Shown piece after piece: positions 10,627 to 19,055 of a DNA stretch of 64,000 bases. The position numbers were made by a program, and so were the translations under genes. The notes beneath the pieces are model-generated. The model was not told the origin of the DNA and did no database searches. It saw only the letters and a program-made list of their open reading frames with translations. This DNA comes from Myxococcales bacterium. GTDB taxonomy: Bacteria; Myxococcota; Myxococcia; Myxococcales; Anaeromyxobacteraceae. Every line of letters begins with the position of its first letter. The stretch's first letter is position 1. The DNA lies in contig JBBQEB010000002.1 in NCBI GenBank assembly GCA_038320275.1, positions 19,473 through 83,472 on the forward strand, read 5' to 3'.

Positions 10627-11625
10627 ATGTTAACTTTGCCAAACGTGTCGCGCTCCGCCTCCCGCGGTCGATTCGCGCCCAGCCCCACCGGGCCTCTCCA
10701 CCTCGGAAACGCGCGCACCGCCCTGCTCGCATGGCTCGCGGCGCGCGCAGCCGGAGCCTCTTTCATCGTCAGGGTGGAGGACCTCGATCGCCCGCGCGTG
10801 CGGCCGGGCATGGAGGCGCGCGCGCTGGCCGAGCTTCGCTGGCTGGGGCTCGATTGGGACGAAGGGCCGGACGTGGGGGGACCCTCGGCCCCCTACCGCC
10901 AGTCGGAGCGGGCCGCCGCCTACCGGGCCGCCCTGGACGCGCTGCGCGAGCGGGGGCTCGCCTATCCCTGCTTCTGCTCGCGCGCGGAGATCGCGGCCGC
11001 CGCCGGCGCGCCGCACGGGCCGTCCGAGGATGGGCCCCGCTATCCGGGCACGTGCTCCGAGTCGTCGCCCGCGGAGGTGCGCCGGCGCTCCGCCTCCCGC
11101 CCCCCGGCCTGGCGCTTCAGGGTGGGGACCCGACCGGTCGCCTTCGACGACCGCGTGCACGGCAGGTGCAGCTTCGACGTGGCCGGCTCGACCGGCGATT
11201 TCGTGCTCGCCCGCGGCGACGGGGTTGCGGCGTACCAGCTCGCAGTGGTGGTGGACGACGCCGCCATGAAGATCGGCGAGGTGGTCCGCGGCGACGACCT
11301 CCTGCCCTCCACCGCGCGTCAGCTCCTGCTCTACGAGGCGCTGGGCATGCCGCCGCCCCGCTTCGCCCACGTGCCGCTCGTCGTGAGCGACGACGGGGAG
11401 CGGCTGGCGAAGCGGCACGGGGCCCAGTCGCTGGGAGAGCTGCGGGCGGCCGGCGCCGATCCGGGTCTGGTGGTCGGGCTCCTGGCGAGCCTCTCCGGGC
11501 TGGCGGCCCCGGGCGCCCGCGCGAGCCCCGCCGCTCTCGTCCCTGGCTTCGACCTGGGGCGGCTGCCGCGGGGGCCGGCGACGCTCCGGCGAGAGCTCCT
11601 CGCCGCCATTACCCCTCGGCCGTGA
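10627..11625 (+). CDS. gluQ: glutamyl-Q tRNA(Asp) synthetase
   Basis: GRFAPSPTGPLHLGN, CFCSR..YPGTC zinc site, RLAKR; no anticodon-binding domain. Confidence 0.93.
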   Translation: MLTLPNVSRSASRGRFAPSPTGPLHLGNARTALLAWLAARAAGASFIVRVEDLDRPRVRPGMEARALAELRWLGLDWDEGPDVGGPSAPYRQSERAAAYRAALDALRERGLAYPCFCSRAEIAAAAGAPHGPSEDGPRYPGTCSESSPAEVRRRSASRPPAWRFRVGTRPVAFDDRVHGRCSFDVAGSTGDFVLARGDGVAAYQLAVVVDDAAMKIGEVVRGDDLLPSTARQLLLYEALGMPPPRFAHVPLVVSDDGERLAKRHGAQSLGELRAAGADPGLVVGLLASLSGLAAPGARASPAALVPGFDLGRLPRGPATLRRELLAAITPRP

Positions 11626-12191
11626 AGCTCCTCCGCTCCGCCACCGACCCGCGCTGGGCCGCGGTGGCCCTCGCCGACCTCGACCGCACGCTGGGCGACC
11701 ACGCGCACTGCGAGAAGAAGGCGGCAGCCACCGCCATGAAGCTCGTCGCCGACGCGAACCGCGAGCCCGACCTCGTCCGCAGCCTCGCGCGCCTGGCGCA
11801 GGAGGAGCAGCAGCACTTCCTCGCCGTGCTGGTCGAGCTGGGCCGCCGGGGGGTGTTCCTCCCGCCCGATGGGGGCGATCCCTACGCGCAGGAGCTCCTC
11901 GCCAAGGTGCGCTCCGGGCCGGCGAGGCTCCTCGACCGGCTGCTCGTCTGCGCGCTCATCGAGGGCCGGAGCTGCGAGCGGCTGGGGCTCCTCGGCGAGG
12001 CGCTCCCACCGGGCCGGCTGAAGGATCTGTACCTGAAGCTGGCCGCCGCGGAAGCCGGCCACGAGCGGCTCTTCGTCGACCTCGCGCTGCGGAGGGGGCC
12101 GGAGCCGGAGGTGCGCGCCCGCCTCGACGCCCTCGCGGACGAGGAGGCGCGCATCGTGGCCCGGCTGCCGCTGCTCCCGAGGATTCACTAG
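11622..12191 (+). CDS. miaE: tRNA-(ms2io6A37)-hydroxylase MiaE
   Basis: DHAHCEKKAA, EE..H, IEGRSCERL, EAGH; GTGA overlap with the gluQ stop. Confidence 0.9.
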   Translation: MKLLRSATDPRWAAVALADLDRTLGDHAHCEKKAAATAMKLVADANREPDLVRSLARLAQEEQQHFLAVLVELGRRGVFLPPDGGDPYAQELLAKVRSGPARLLDRLLVCALIEGRSCERLGLLGEALPPGRLKDLYLKLAAAEAGHERLFVDLALRRGPEPEVRARLDALADEEARIVARLPLLPRIH

Positions 12192-12263
12192 GGTCGGGGT
12201 CGAGGTCGTGGTCGTGGTCGCGGTCGTGGTCGGGTCGCGGTCGGGTGGTGGTCGGGTGGTCGG
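12192..12263. repeat. degenerate (GGTCGN)n hexamer tandem repeat
   Basis: ggtcgg ggtcga ggtcgt ggtcgt ggtcgc ggtcgt ... directly after the miaE stop. Confidence 0.9.
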
Positions 12264-12304
12264 GCCAGCATCACTCGCGCCAACCGGATATGTTGCCGTT
12301 CACC

Positions 12305-12607
12305 ATGCTCACTCCCCGGAACTTCACCCGCGTGGGCGCGTACGCGGCCCTGGCGCTGTACTTCGCGGTGGGGCTCATTCCCGCCCAGCAGTTCGGTGGC
12401 TACGCGGGGATCCTCCTCGCGCAGGGGATCTTCGGGACGCCGGTTCGGTCGACGCTCCCGGTCCATGCCCTCGTCCTGTTCGGCCGGCTCCTCGGCGCGG
12501 TGGGCGTCAGCGGTCTCTTCGCGGTGGGCGGGGCGATCGTGGGCGCCGCCGCCTGGGGCGTCGCGAAGCCGTTCCTGCGCCGGGCTCCGCTTCACGAAGA
12601 GGGCTGA
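12305..12607 (+). CDS. small membrane protein
   Basis: About 100 aa, hydrophobic and Gly-rich, GC3-rich codons; start may be 12290. Confidence 0.65.
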   Translation: MLTPRNFTRVGAYAALALYFAVGLIPAQQFGGYAGILLAQGIFGTPVRSTLPVHALVLFGRLLGAVGVSGLFAVGGAIVGAAAWGVAKPFLRRAPLHEEG

Positions 12608-12626
12608 ACAGCACCGCCGCGCGGGC

Positions 12627-13739
12627 TCACACCGCCGTGCCCAGGGCGGCCGCCAGCGTTTCGCGCAGGTAGCGCGCCGCCAGCGAGAGGGTGCGCGCGG
12701 GCTCGCCGTCGCCGTGGGCCAGGGGCGGTGCCACCTCCATCACGTCGCCGCCGGCGAGACCCACCTCGGCCCCCAGCCTGCGCACCAGCTCGGAGACGAA
12801 GGACGATGGCAAGCCGTCCTCCTCCGGGGTGCCGGTGGCGGCGGCCTCCGCCTCGTCGGTGCCGTCGATGTCGTTGGACAAGTACACCTGCGATGCGCCC
12901 GAGGCGCGCACCGCCGCGAGCACCGCCTCCAGCGCGCGGGCGGGATCGGCGCGGACCTCCTCCGCCCACACCTGCCGCACGCCGAGCAGCGCCTCCCAGT
13001 ACGGGCGGGGATGGCGCGAGGCGCGCACGCCCACCTGGACCAGCCGCCCGCCGCGCCCGAGGAGGTCGTTCGCGTGGAAGGACCAGGTGCCGTAGCAGTA
13101 GCGGACGCCCAGCCGCTCCTCGAGGAGGTCGGTGTGCGCGTCGATCTGAACCATGCCCAGCCCCGGGCGCGCGGAGGCGAGCGCCCTCACCACTGGCAGC
13201 GCACAGGAGTGATCGCCCCCCAGCGCGAGGAGCTTCGCGCCCGGCGCCAGGCGCAGCAAGAGCTCGCAGGCGCGCTCCGCCATGGACAGCGGCGAGACGG
13301 GGAGGCGATCGCGCTCGCCGGGCGGCCCCCCGGGGCAGATGGCGGCGCGGGTGGCGAGCTTCTGCGCGTCGGAGAGCATGTCGTCGTGGAGGAGCTGCGG
13401 GACGACGAAGACGTCGCCCACGTCCACCATCCCTGCCTTCGCGGCGCGGGCGAAGAAGGCGGGGTCCTCGTCCAGGAGCCGCTCGCGAATGGACTGCGGC
13501 CCCATGTTGGCGCCGCGCAGGAAGCCCGCGCCCACGTCGGAGGGGATTCCCAGGAGGAGCGCGCGGGCAGAGGGCACGCGCCCGAGCGCCTCCCGCCAGC
13601 GCGCGGCCACCTCGTTCTCGTCCGCGCCGCCGTAGATGCGCCGCTGCACCGCGAGCTGCTCCGCGCGCCCGGTGGAGACGACGTAGAGCCCTCCTGCGGC
13701 CGGGCGCAGCAGGAGCGTGAGCTCCTCGAGCGCGGTCAT
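12627..13739 (-). CDS. arginase/agmatinase (ureohydrolase) family protein
   Basis: GGDHS, DAHTD and DIDGTD metal-binding motifs; ATGA overlap with the pepA stop. Confidence 0.9.
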   Translation of the reverse strand: MTALEELTLLLRPAAGGLYVVSTGRAEQLAVQRRIYGGADENEVAARWREALGRVPSARALLLGIPSDVGAGFLRGANMGPQSIRERLLDEDPAFFARAAKAGMVDVGDVFVVPQLLHDDMLSDAQKLATRAAICPGGPPGERDRLPVSPLSMAERACELLLRLAPGAKLLALGGDHSCALPVVRALASARPGLGMVQIDAHTDLLEERLGVRYCYGTWSFHANDLLGRGGRLVQVGVRASRHPRPYWEALLGVRQVWAEEVRADPARALEAVLAAVRASGASQVYLSNDIDGTDEAEAAATGTPEEDGLPSSFVSELVRRLGAEVGLAGGDVMEVAPPLAHGDGEPARTLSLAARYLRETLAAALGTAV

Positions 13740-15370
13740 GCGGCGCCGGCCCGCGGAGCGCGCCGCCGGGTGGCCGGGAGCTCCGGCGACGCGGTGAACG
13801 TGAGGGCGCCCCAGCCCCGGACCAGCTCCACGAGCGTGCGCACCGCCACGCCGGTGCCGCCCTTCGTCCGGTAGCCGCGCTCCTTCGCGCTGCGAGACGG
13901 GCCCGCGATGTCGAGGTGGGCCCAGGGCGTCTCGCCCACGAAGCGGTGCAGGAAGTGGGCGGCGGCGATCGCGGCCCCCGGCCGCTCCCCTGCGTTGCGA
14001 AGGTCGGCGACCGCGCTCTCCAGCGTCTCCTTCACCGAGGGGGTGAGCGGAAGCCGCCACACGTCCTCGCCCGCCGCGCGCGCGGCCGCCAGCACCCGAT
14101 CGATCATCGGCCCATCCGGCCCGAAGGCGCCGGCGGTGGTGTGGCCGAGGGCGACGATGCACGCGCCGGTGAGGGTCGCCACGTCGACGATGCCCGCCGG
14201 CTGCAGCGTGTCCACCGCCCAGGCCAGCACGTCGCCCAGCACGAGCCGCCCCTCGGCGTCGGTGTTGGTGATCTCCACCGTGGTGCCGTCGTAGGCGGTG
14301 AGCACGTCGCTCGGCTTGTAGGCGCGGCCGCCCGGCATGTTCTCGCAGGCGCCGAACAGCGCGCACACCGGAAAGGGCGGTCGAAGCTCGGCCACCACGC
14401 GCATGGCCGCGAGCACCGCCGCGCTCCCCGCCATGTCGGTGTTCATCGTCACCATGCTGTCGGCGGGCTTCAGCGAGAGCCCTCCCGAGTCGAAGGTGAT
14501 GGCCTTCCCCACCAGCACGAGCGGCCTCGGCCCCGCGCTGTGGGCCGCCTTCCCGCGGCCTCGGCCCGCACCGTGGCCGTGGCCGCGCGCACCGCGCGGC
14601 TCCCAGCTCAGCTTCACCAGCTTGGGCTTCTCCGCCGAGCCGCGCGTCACGCCGGCGAACATCCCCATGCCGAGCGCCTCGATCTCCTTGCGGCCGTGCA
14701 CCTCGCAGCGCAGGCCGGCCTCCTTCGCCAGCGCCTCGGCCGCCTCGGCGAGCCGGGCCGGGGTGCAGTGCACCGGAGCCTCGTTCACGAGGTCGCGCGC
14801 GAAGCTCACCGCCCCGGCGACGGAAGACCCGAGCCGCGCCTCGGCGCGGACCTCTTCGGACGCCGCGGCGTCCCCGGAAGCCACCACCACCACCGCCCCG
14901 AGCGGCGGCTTCGCCTCGGCGCGCGCGCGGTAGCGCTCGAAGCGGTACGCGCCGAGAAGAGCCCCCTCCACCGCCGCGCGCGCCGCGACCTTCGCGTCGA
15001 GCTCCGGGGGAAGCCAAGCGCCCAGCCGCGCCAGCCCCGCCGCGCGGGCGGCGCGGCCCGCCTTGCCCATCGCCATCCGGAGCGGCTCGCCCCCGTGCGC
15101 AGCTGCCTCGATGCCCTTCGCCCGCGGCCCCAGCCCGAGCAGGGCGAGGCGCCTCGCCGGGAGCTTTCCGAGGGTGAAGACCTGCAAGACCTGGCCGGCC
15201 TTGCCCGTGAATCCATCCTCGGCCGCGGCCGAGAACAGGTGCCCGTCCAGCGCCGCGTCGAGCGGGCCGAGGCGCCCGCCCGAGGCGAGGTCCTCCTCGA
15301 ACAGCGGGACGGCCAGGAGATCCACCGCCAGTCCCAGCGCGTCCGCGTCCGTGAGCTCCACCGCCGCCAT
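13736..15370 (-). CDS. pepA: leucyl aminopeptidase (M17)
   Basis: VGKAITFDSGG, NTDAEGRL, ATLTGA and WAHLDIAG motifs. Confidence 0.97.
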   Translation of the reverse strand: MAAVELTDADALGLAVDLLAVPLFEEDLASGGRLGPLDAALDGHLFSAAAEDGFTGKAGQVLQVFTLGKLPARRLALLGLGPRAKGIEAAAHGGEPLRMAMGKAGRAARAAGLARLGAWLPPELDAKVAARAAVEGALLGAYRFERYRARAEAKPPLGAVVVVASGDAAASEEVRAEARLGSSVAGAVSFARDLVNEAPVHCTPARLAEAAEALAKEAGLRCEVHGRKEIEALGMGMFAGVTRGSAEKPKLVKLSWEPRGARGHGHGAGRGRGKAAHSAGPRPLVLVGKAITFDSGGLSLKPADSMVTMNTDMAGSAAVLAAMRVVAELRPPFPVCALFGACENMPGGRAYKPSDVLTAYDGTTVEITNTDAEGRLVLGDVLAWAVDTLQPAGIVDVATLTGACIVALGHTTAGAFGPDGPMIDRVLAAARAAGEDVWRLPLTPSVKETLESAVADLRNAGERPGAAIAAAHFLHRFVGETPWAHLDIAGPSRSAKERGYRTKGGTGVAVRTLVELVRGWGALTFTASPELPATRRRAPRAGAA

Positions 15371-15483
15371 GATCCGCCCCCTTGTCCGGCCGTGATCTGC
15401 CGGGACCCGCCGGCCCGCGCTCTTGCGCAGACCAGAAGCGGCCAGGCTTCAGAAGCCCGACCGCTCGCGCGCAGGCGATGCTT

Positions 15484-17385
15484 CTAGCGCCGGCGGCGCC
15501 GCGCCGCGATGGCGGCGAACACCCCCAGCACTGCGAACATCTCGGCGCCCGTGCCGGCGGAGCAGCCGGTGGCGAGCACGACGTGCTTCCTGGGGAGTGG
15601 GCCGCTGCCGCTCGCTCCGGAGGTCGTGCCGCCGGTCGTGCCCGCGCCAATGCCCGCGCCCGCGTCTGCGGTCGCCGTCGGCGGAAGGGCGGGGGTGGCG
15701 GTCCCGGTGGTGCCGGCGGTGGCACCGCCCGCGGAGCCGGTGTCCGGCCCGCTCGTCGGGACCGGCGCCGGGGGGCTCCAGAGCTTCCCGGTCAGCTCGA
15801 GGATGCGGTGCGCGATCTGCTCCCGGGCGGCGAGCAGGTCGCCCACGGAGGGCTGCGTCCAGGCGTTGGGGAAGAGGCGGGAGGCGATCCCGAAGGCGAG
15901 GCCCGGGTCGCCCGCATCGACGAGCAGCTTCAGATATTCGTAGTCCTGCATGCCCGCGCGGATCATCTTCATGCGCAGCGAGGCGACGGGGATGTCGGTG
16001 GAGCCGCCGATGCGCCAGGCGTTGCCCGGGTAGAAGAGCGTGCCGTCGCCGTTGCCCCCGAAGCGCCACTGGTCGCTCCAGGGATCACCGGCGAAGGCCA
16101 TGGTGGTCTCGAAGTAGAGCTCGCCGGTGGCGCGATGGAGGAAAGACAGCCACTCCATGGCACGGTTGCGCACCGCCGAGGCGTCCACGGCATAGCTGGC
16201 CCACCCGCCGAAGTAGTCGCTCGTGGTGTTGCAGCCGTGGCTCATGCAGCTCTGGTAGGTCCAGAGCTCCTTGCGCGAGCCCGACAGGAACCCGTCGTAC
16301 TTGCTCCGCTGCGCTCCCGCGTACGGCAGGGACGGCTTGTCGTCCATGTAGTTCAGCACCGGCGCCAGCACGTCCACAGCCCAGGTCACGCCGTGCGCGT
16401 CGGCATGGGTGATGTCGGTGGTGACGAGGGTGCGGAACTCGGGGTCAGCCGACTTCGCCAGGTTGCTCCGCCACCCGATGTCGTCCCAGTCGCAGGTGAG
16501 GGGAGGCTCGTCGCAGGTGTAGTCGAAGAGCCGGTCGAACCACCCGCGCGCCCGGAAGAACGACGCCCAGGTCCGGTGGTCGCCCTGGTTCATGCCGCCG
16601 AGGAACTGGACCGAGGTGACCTGCGCCCCCTGGAGCTGCGTGGGGGCATAGCCGTCGATGAGGCCGCCGAAGGTCCGCTGGAAGTGGTCGAGGTCGTGGT
16701 TGCCGTCGTCCATCGCGCCCAGCGTGATGCGGTGGTCGAGGGCGAGCTGCCCGTAGCGCGCGCGCAGGCCCGAAAGCGCCTCGCCCTGTACCTGGTGCGC
16801 CTGGACGAGCGTCCCGTAGGCGAGCCCGAAGTGGCTCTTCAGCGACGAGGTGGAGGGCAGGGCGAAGTCCCACACTTTGCTCGAGACCGGGATGGTGGTG
16901 TCGCCGTCCGAGGCGTGCACCACCACGTTTCCCCCGTACGCGCCCGGCGGCGCATTGCGGGGCACGTGGTACTCGACCCAGACCATGCGCGTCTGGCCCG
17001 CGGGCACGTCGAAGGGGAACGCGTTGCGCTTCTCGCCCACCACGTCGTCCACGTCCGGCACCAGCGGATCGGGGGCACCTCCCGTGTAGCCGTCCGGCCC
17101 CGACCGGTTCGACAGCCACAGGAGCTCCTCCCGGAAGAGCTTGGGAGGGGGGATGAGGCCCGGCCCCTCCAGGCCCGTGGCTGAGACCGAGACGCCGTAG
17201 GCGGGTCCGACCACCGCCACCTGCACCGCCTCGAACTCGTTCTTGGCCGCCGAGAAGGACGCCGGGGTGAAGGGGCGCGGCTCCGTCCAGGGGCCGATCT
17301 TCTCCGCGGACGAGGCGACCCAGACGCTGGCAGCTCGGGCGGTGAGGGGGGCCGTGAGCGCGAAGGCGACGAGCGCGGTGAGCAC
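15484..17385 (-). CDS. secreted DUF4091/GH123-like glycoside hydrolase with MYXO-CTERM sorting tail
   Basis: Signal peptide, KNEFEAVQV, CDEP, GNGDGTLFYPG, SLRMKMIRAGMQDYEYL, Thr/Gly linker, then GC-TM-RRRRR C-terminus; start uncertain (17385-17493). Confidence 0.8.
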   Translation of the reverse strand: MLTALVAFALTAPLTARAASVWVASSAEKIGPWTEPRPFTPASFSAAKNEFEAVQVAVVGPAYGVSVSATGLEGPGLIPPPKLFREELLWLSNRSGPDGYTGGAPDPLVPDVDDVVGEKRNAFPFDVPAGQTRMVWVEYHVPRNAPPGAYGGNVVVHASDGDTTIPVSSKVWDFALPSTSSLKSHFGLAYGTLVQAHQVQGEALSGLRARYGQLALDHRITLGAMDDGNHDLDHFQRTFGGLIDGYAPTQLQGAQVTSVQFLGGMNQGDHRTWASFFRARGWFDRLFDYTCDEPPLTCDWDDIGWRSNLAKSADPEFRTLVTTDITHADAHGVTWAVDVLAPVLNYMDDKPSLPYAGAQRSKYDGFLSGSRKELWTYQSCMSHGCNTTSDYFGGWASYAVDASAVRNRAMEWLSFLHRATGELYFETTMAFAGDPWSDQWRFGGNGDGTLFYPGNAWRIGGSTDIPVASLRMKMIRAGMQDYEYLKLLVDAGDPGLAFGIASRLFPNAWTQPSVGDLLAAREQIAHRILELTGKLWSPPAPVPTSGPDTGSAGGATAGTTGTATPALPPTATADAGAGIGAGTTGGTTSGASGSGPLPRKHVVLATGCSAGTGAEMFAVLGVFAAIAARRRRR

Positions 17386-18044
17386 CTTGGACGGCGACCT
17401 CGGGCGGGGGCAATGAATGGTCAAGGCGGCGACTCTCCTCGTCTCGGGTCCGTGGGTGCGGTCTCGCTGTCCTCGCGAACCCCCTGCCGTCACCCGGGTG
17501 TCCTTCTGGCACGGCGCGGGCTAGGCGAACAGCAGCCGAGCAAGCAGGCGACAAGGTAGGCTCGGGTGAGCACAAGTGCGCAGAAGACGTGGGAATTTGC
17601 GCCAAATGGGTGCCGTACGGCGAGAGCGGATCACCGGGACCTCACGTTGACCTACGGTGAATACCGGCGCGGCGATGCAGCGCGGGGCGGGGCTGCTTCC
17701 GACGCTATCGGACCGATCTCGCCTGATGCCAGCCGATTTCGCGGGATCGAGGTCGAGCCCTCGGCCGCTCGCCGCATGTCGCACACCCTCCACCGCCCGG
17801 ACGAACGCATCCGACGACGTGGAGAGTCGCTTCCGTTCGGACGGCCGTGCAGCCGAGCGGCCGCCACGGGTGAGGCTCTATCGGGCGTGCGACAGGTCGC
17901 CTCACCCCGGCAGGGCAGAGAGCACCCCGACGACGTTCAGCGCCGCTCAGCCTGGCGAAGTCATACCACCTCGACGCACAGCGCCATCGCACTGGGTGTG
18001 AAAGTTCGACCGTCGGAGCAGCCGTCGCCGCGTGGATCGAGCGC

Positions 18045-18410
18045 TCAGGAAACGGGATTCGTGCCGTGCGTGACCGTCACCACGGTGTGGATGCCGCCGC
18101 GAACCAGGTAGTCGCCGGTGACCTCCAGGAAGCGCGGTGCCAGCGCGCGGACGAGGTCATCGCAGATGCGGTTCGTCACCGCCTCGTGGAAGGTGCCCAC
18201 GTCGCGGAAGGACCAGAGGTAGAGCTTCAGGCTCTTCAGCTCCACGCAGAGCTCCGACGGCACGTATCGGATGTGGATGGTGCCGAAGTCGGGCTGCCCC
18301 GTCTTGGGGCAGACGCAGGTGAACTCGGGGCAGTCCATCGCGATGAGGTACGGCCGCTCGAGGTTGGGATTCGGGAAGGTGTCGAGGGCGCGCGAAGGCT
18401 GGGAGGGCAT
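18045..18410 (-). CDS. queF: NADPH-dependent preQ0 reductase
   Basis: [29 protein letters not shown]. Confidence 0.97.
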   Translation of the reverse strand: MPSQPSRALDTFPNPNLERPYLIAMDCPEFTCVCPKTGQPDFGTIHIRYVPSELCVELKSLKLYLWSFRDVGTFHEAVTNRICDDLVRALAPRFLEVTGDYLVRGGIHTVVTVTHGTNPVS

Positions 18411-18531
18411 GTCTCCTTCTTACCGCAGCGTGTGATCCGGGTCTGTCGCCTCTACCGGCGCCCGCCTGAAAAAAGGTCAGCCTGTCGCGGCCGCCTGCGA
18501 CGCTTCGCGCTCTGGCAGGCGCGTCCGGCGG

Positions 18532-18547
18532 CGGTCCGCTCCTTGCT
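18532..18547 (+). promoter_or_regulatory. candidate sigma54 (-24/-12) promoter
   Basis: CGGTCCGCTCCTTGCT has GG-N10-GC spacing with TTGCT, about 30 bp upstream of the ATG at 18579. Confidence 0.45.
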
Positions 18548-18578
18548 TTGACCGTTGGGAAACCAAGGAGCCGACTCC

Positions 18579-18761
18579 ATGAAGAACCGCCACGTCGCGC
18601 AGCTTCCCCGGCGCATCGTCACCACCCTCGGGGACCTCATCTCCGCAGCCTACGACGCGGCAGAAGCGTTGGGGCGGAACCCGCTGGAAGGTGCGGCCGC
18701 CATCCTGACCCAGTCGCCGCTGGCGCGCCGCATGTCGAAGCAGGTCGAGCTCGTCCGGTAG
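18579..18761 (+). CDS. small hypothetical protein (60 aa)
   Basis: AAGGAG RBS before the ATG; TTLGDLISAAYDAA motif resembles small myxobacterial proteins. Confidence 0.7.
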   Translation: MKNRHVAQLPRRIVTTLGDLISAAYDAAEALGRNPLEGAAAILTQSPLARRMSKQVELVR

Positions 18762-18790
18762 GGCCCGCGCCCGTCCTACCGAGAAGCGGC

Positions 18791-19045
18791 TCAGCCGGTG
18801 CGCGGTCCGGCCCGCGGTCCGGCGCCCGGCCCGTCCGGGTCGCCGCGCTCGCGAGCGAAGGCGAGCCCGAACAACGCGAAGACGGCGCCCAGAGCCAGCA
18901 CGCCCGCCACCGCGGCCCAGGACCGAGAGGCGACCCCGGCGATGGCCGCCGCCCCGAGGTCGCTCGCCACGATGAAGGGGACCAGCCAGCGCACGGCGCG
19001 GGCCCGCACCCGCTCCAGCTCCTCGGGTCGTCCGGAGGTGCTCAT
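18791..19045 (-). CDS. small two-TM membrane protein
   Basis: Two hydrophobic helices; directly downstream of the OPT gene. Confidence 0.55.
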   Translation of the reverse strand: MSTSGRPEELERVRARAVRWLVPFIVASDLGAAAIAGVASRSWAAVAGVLALGAVFALFGLAFARERGDPDGPGAGPRAGPRTG

Positions 19046-19055
19046 CGCCCGGCGC

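Noticed and set aside
5648..10633. 1661-aa plus-strand ORF and other long Arg/Gly/Ala-rich ORFs (e.g. 3402-5603, 26632-29250, 30601-33045)
   Set aside because: Antisense or alternate-frame shadows of real genes; stop codons are rare at this GC content and the translations have no motifs
18411..18480. preQ1 riboswitch upstream of queF
   Set aside because: No AGAGGUUCUAG-like stem-loop or matching A-rich 3' tail on the coding strand
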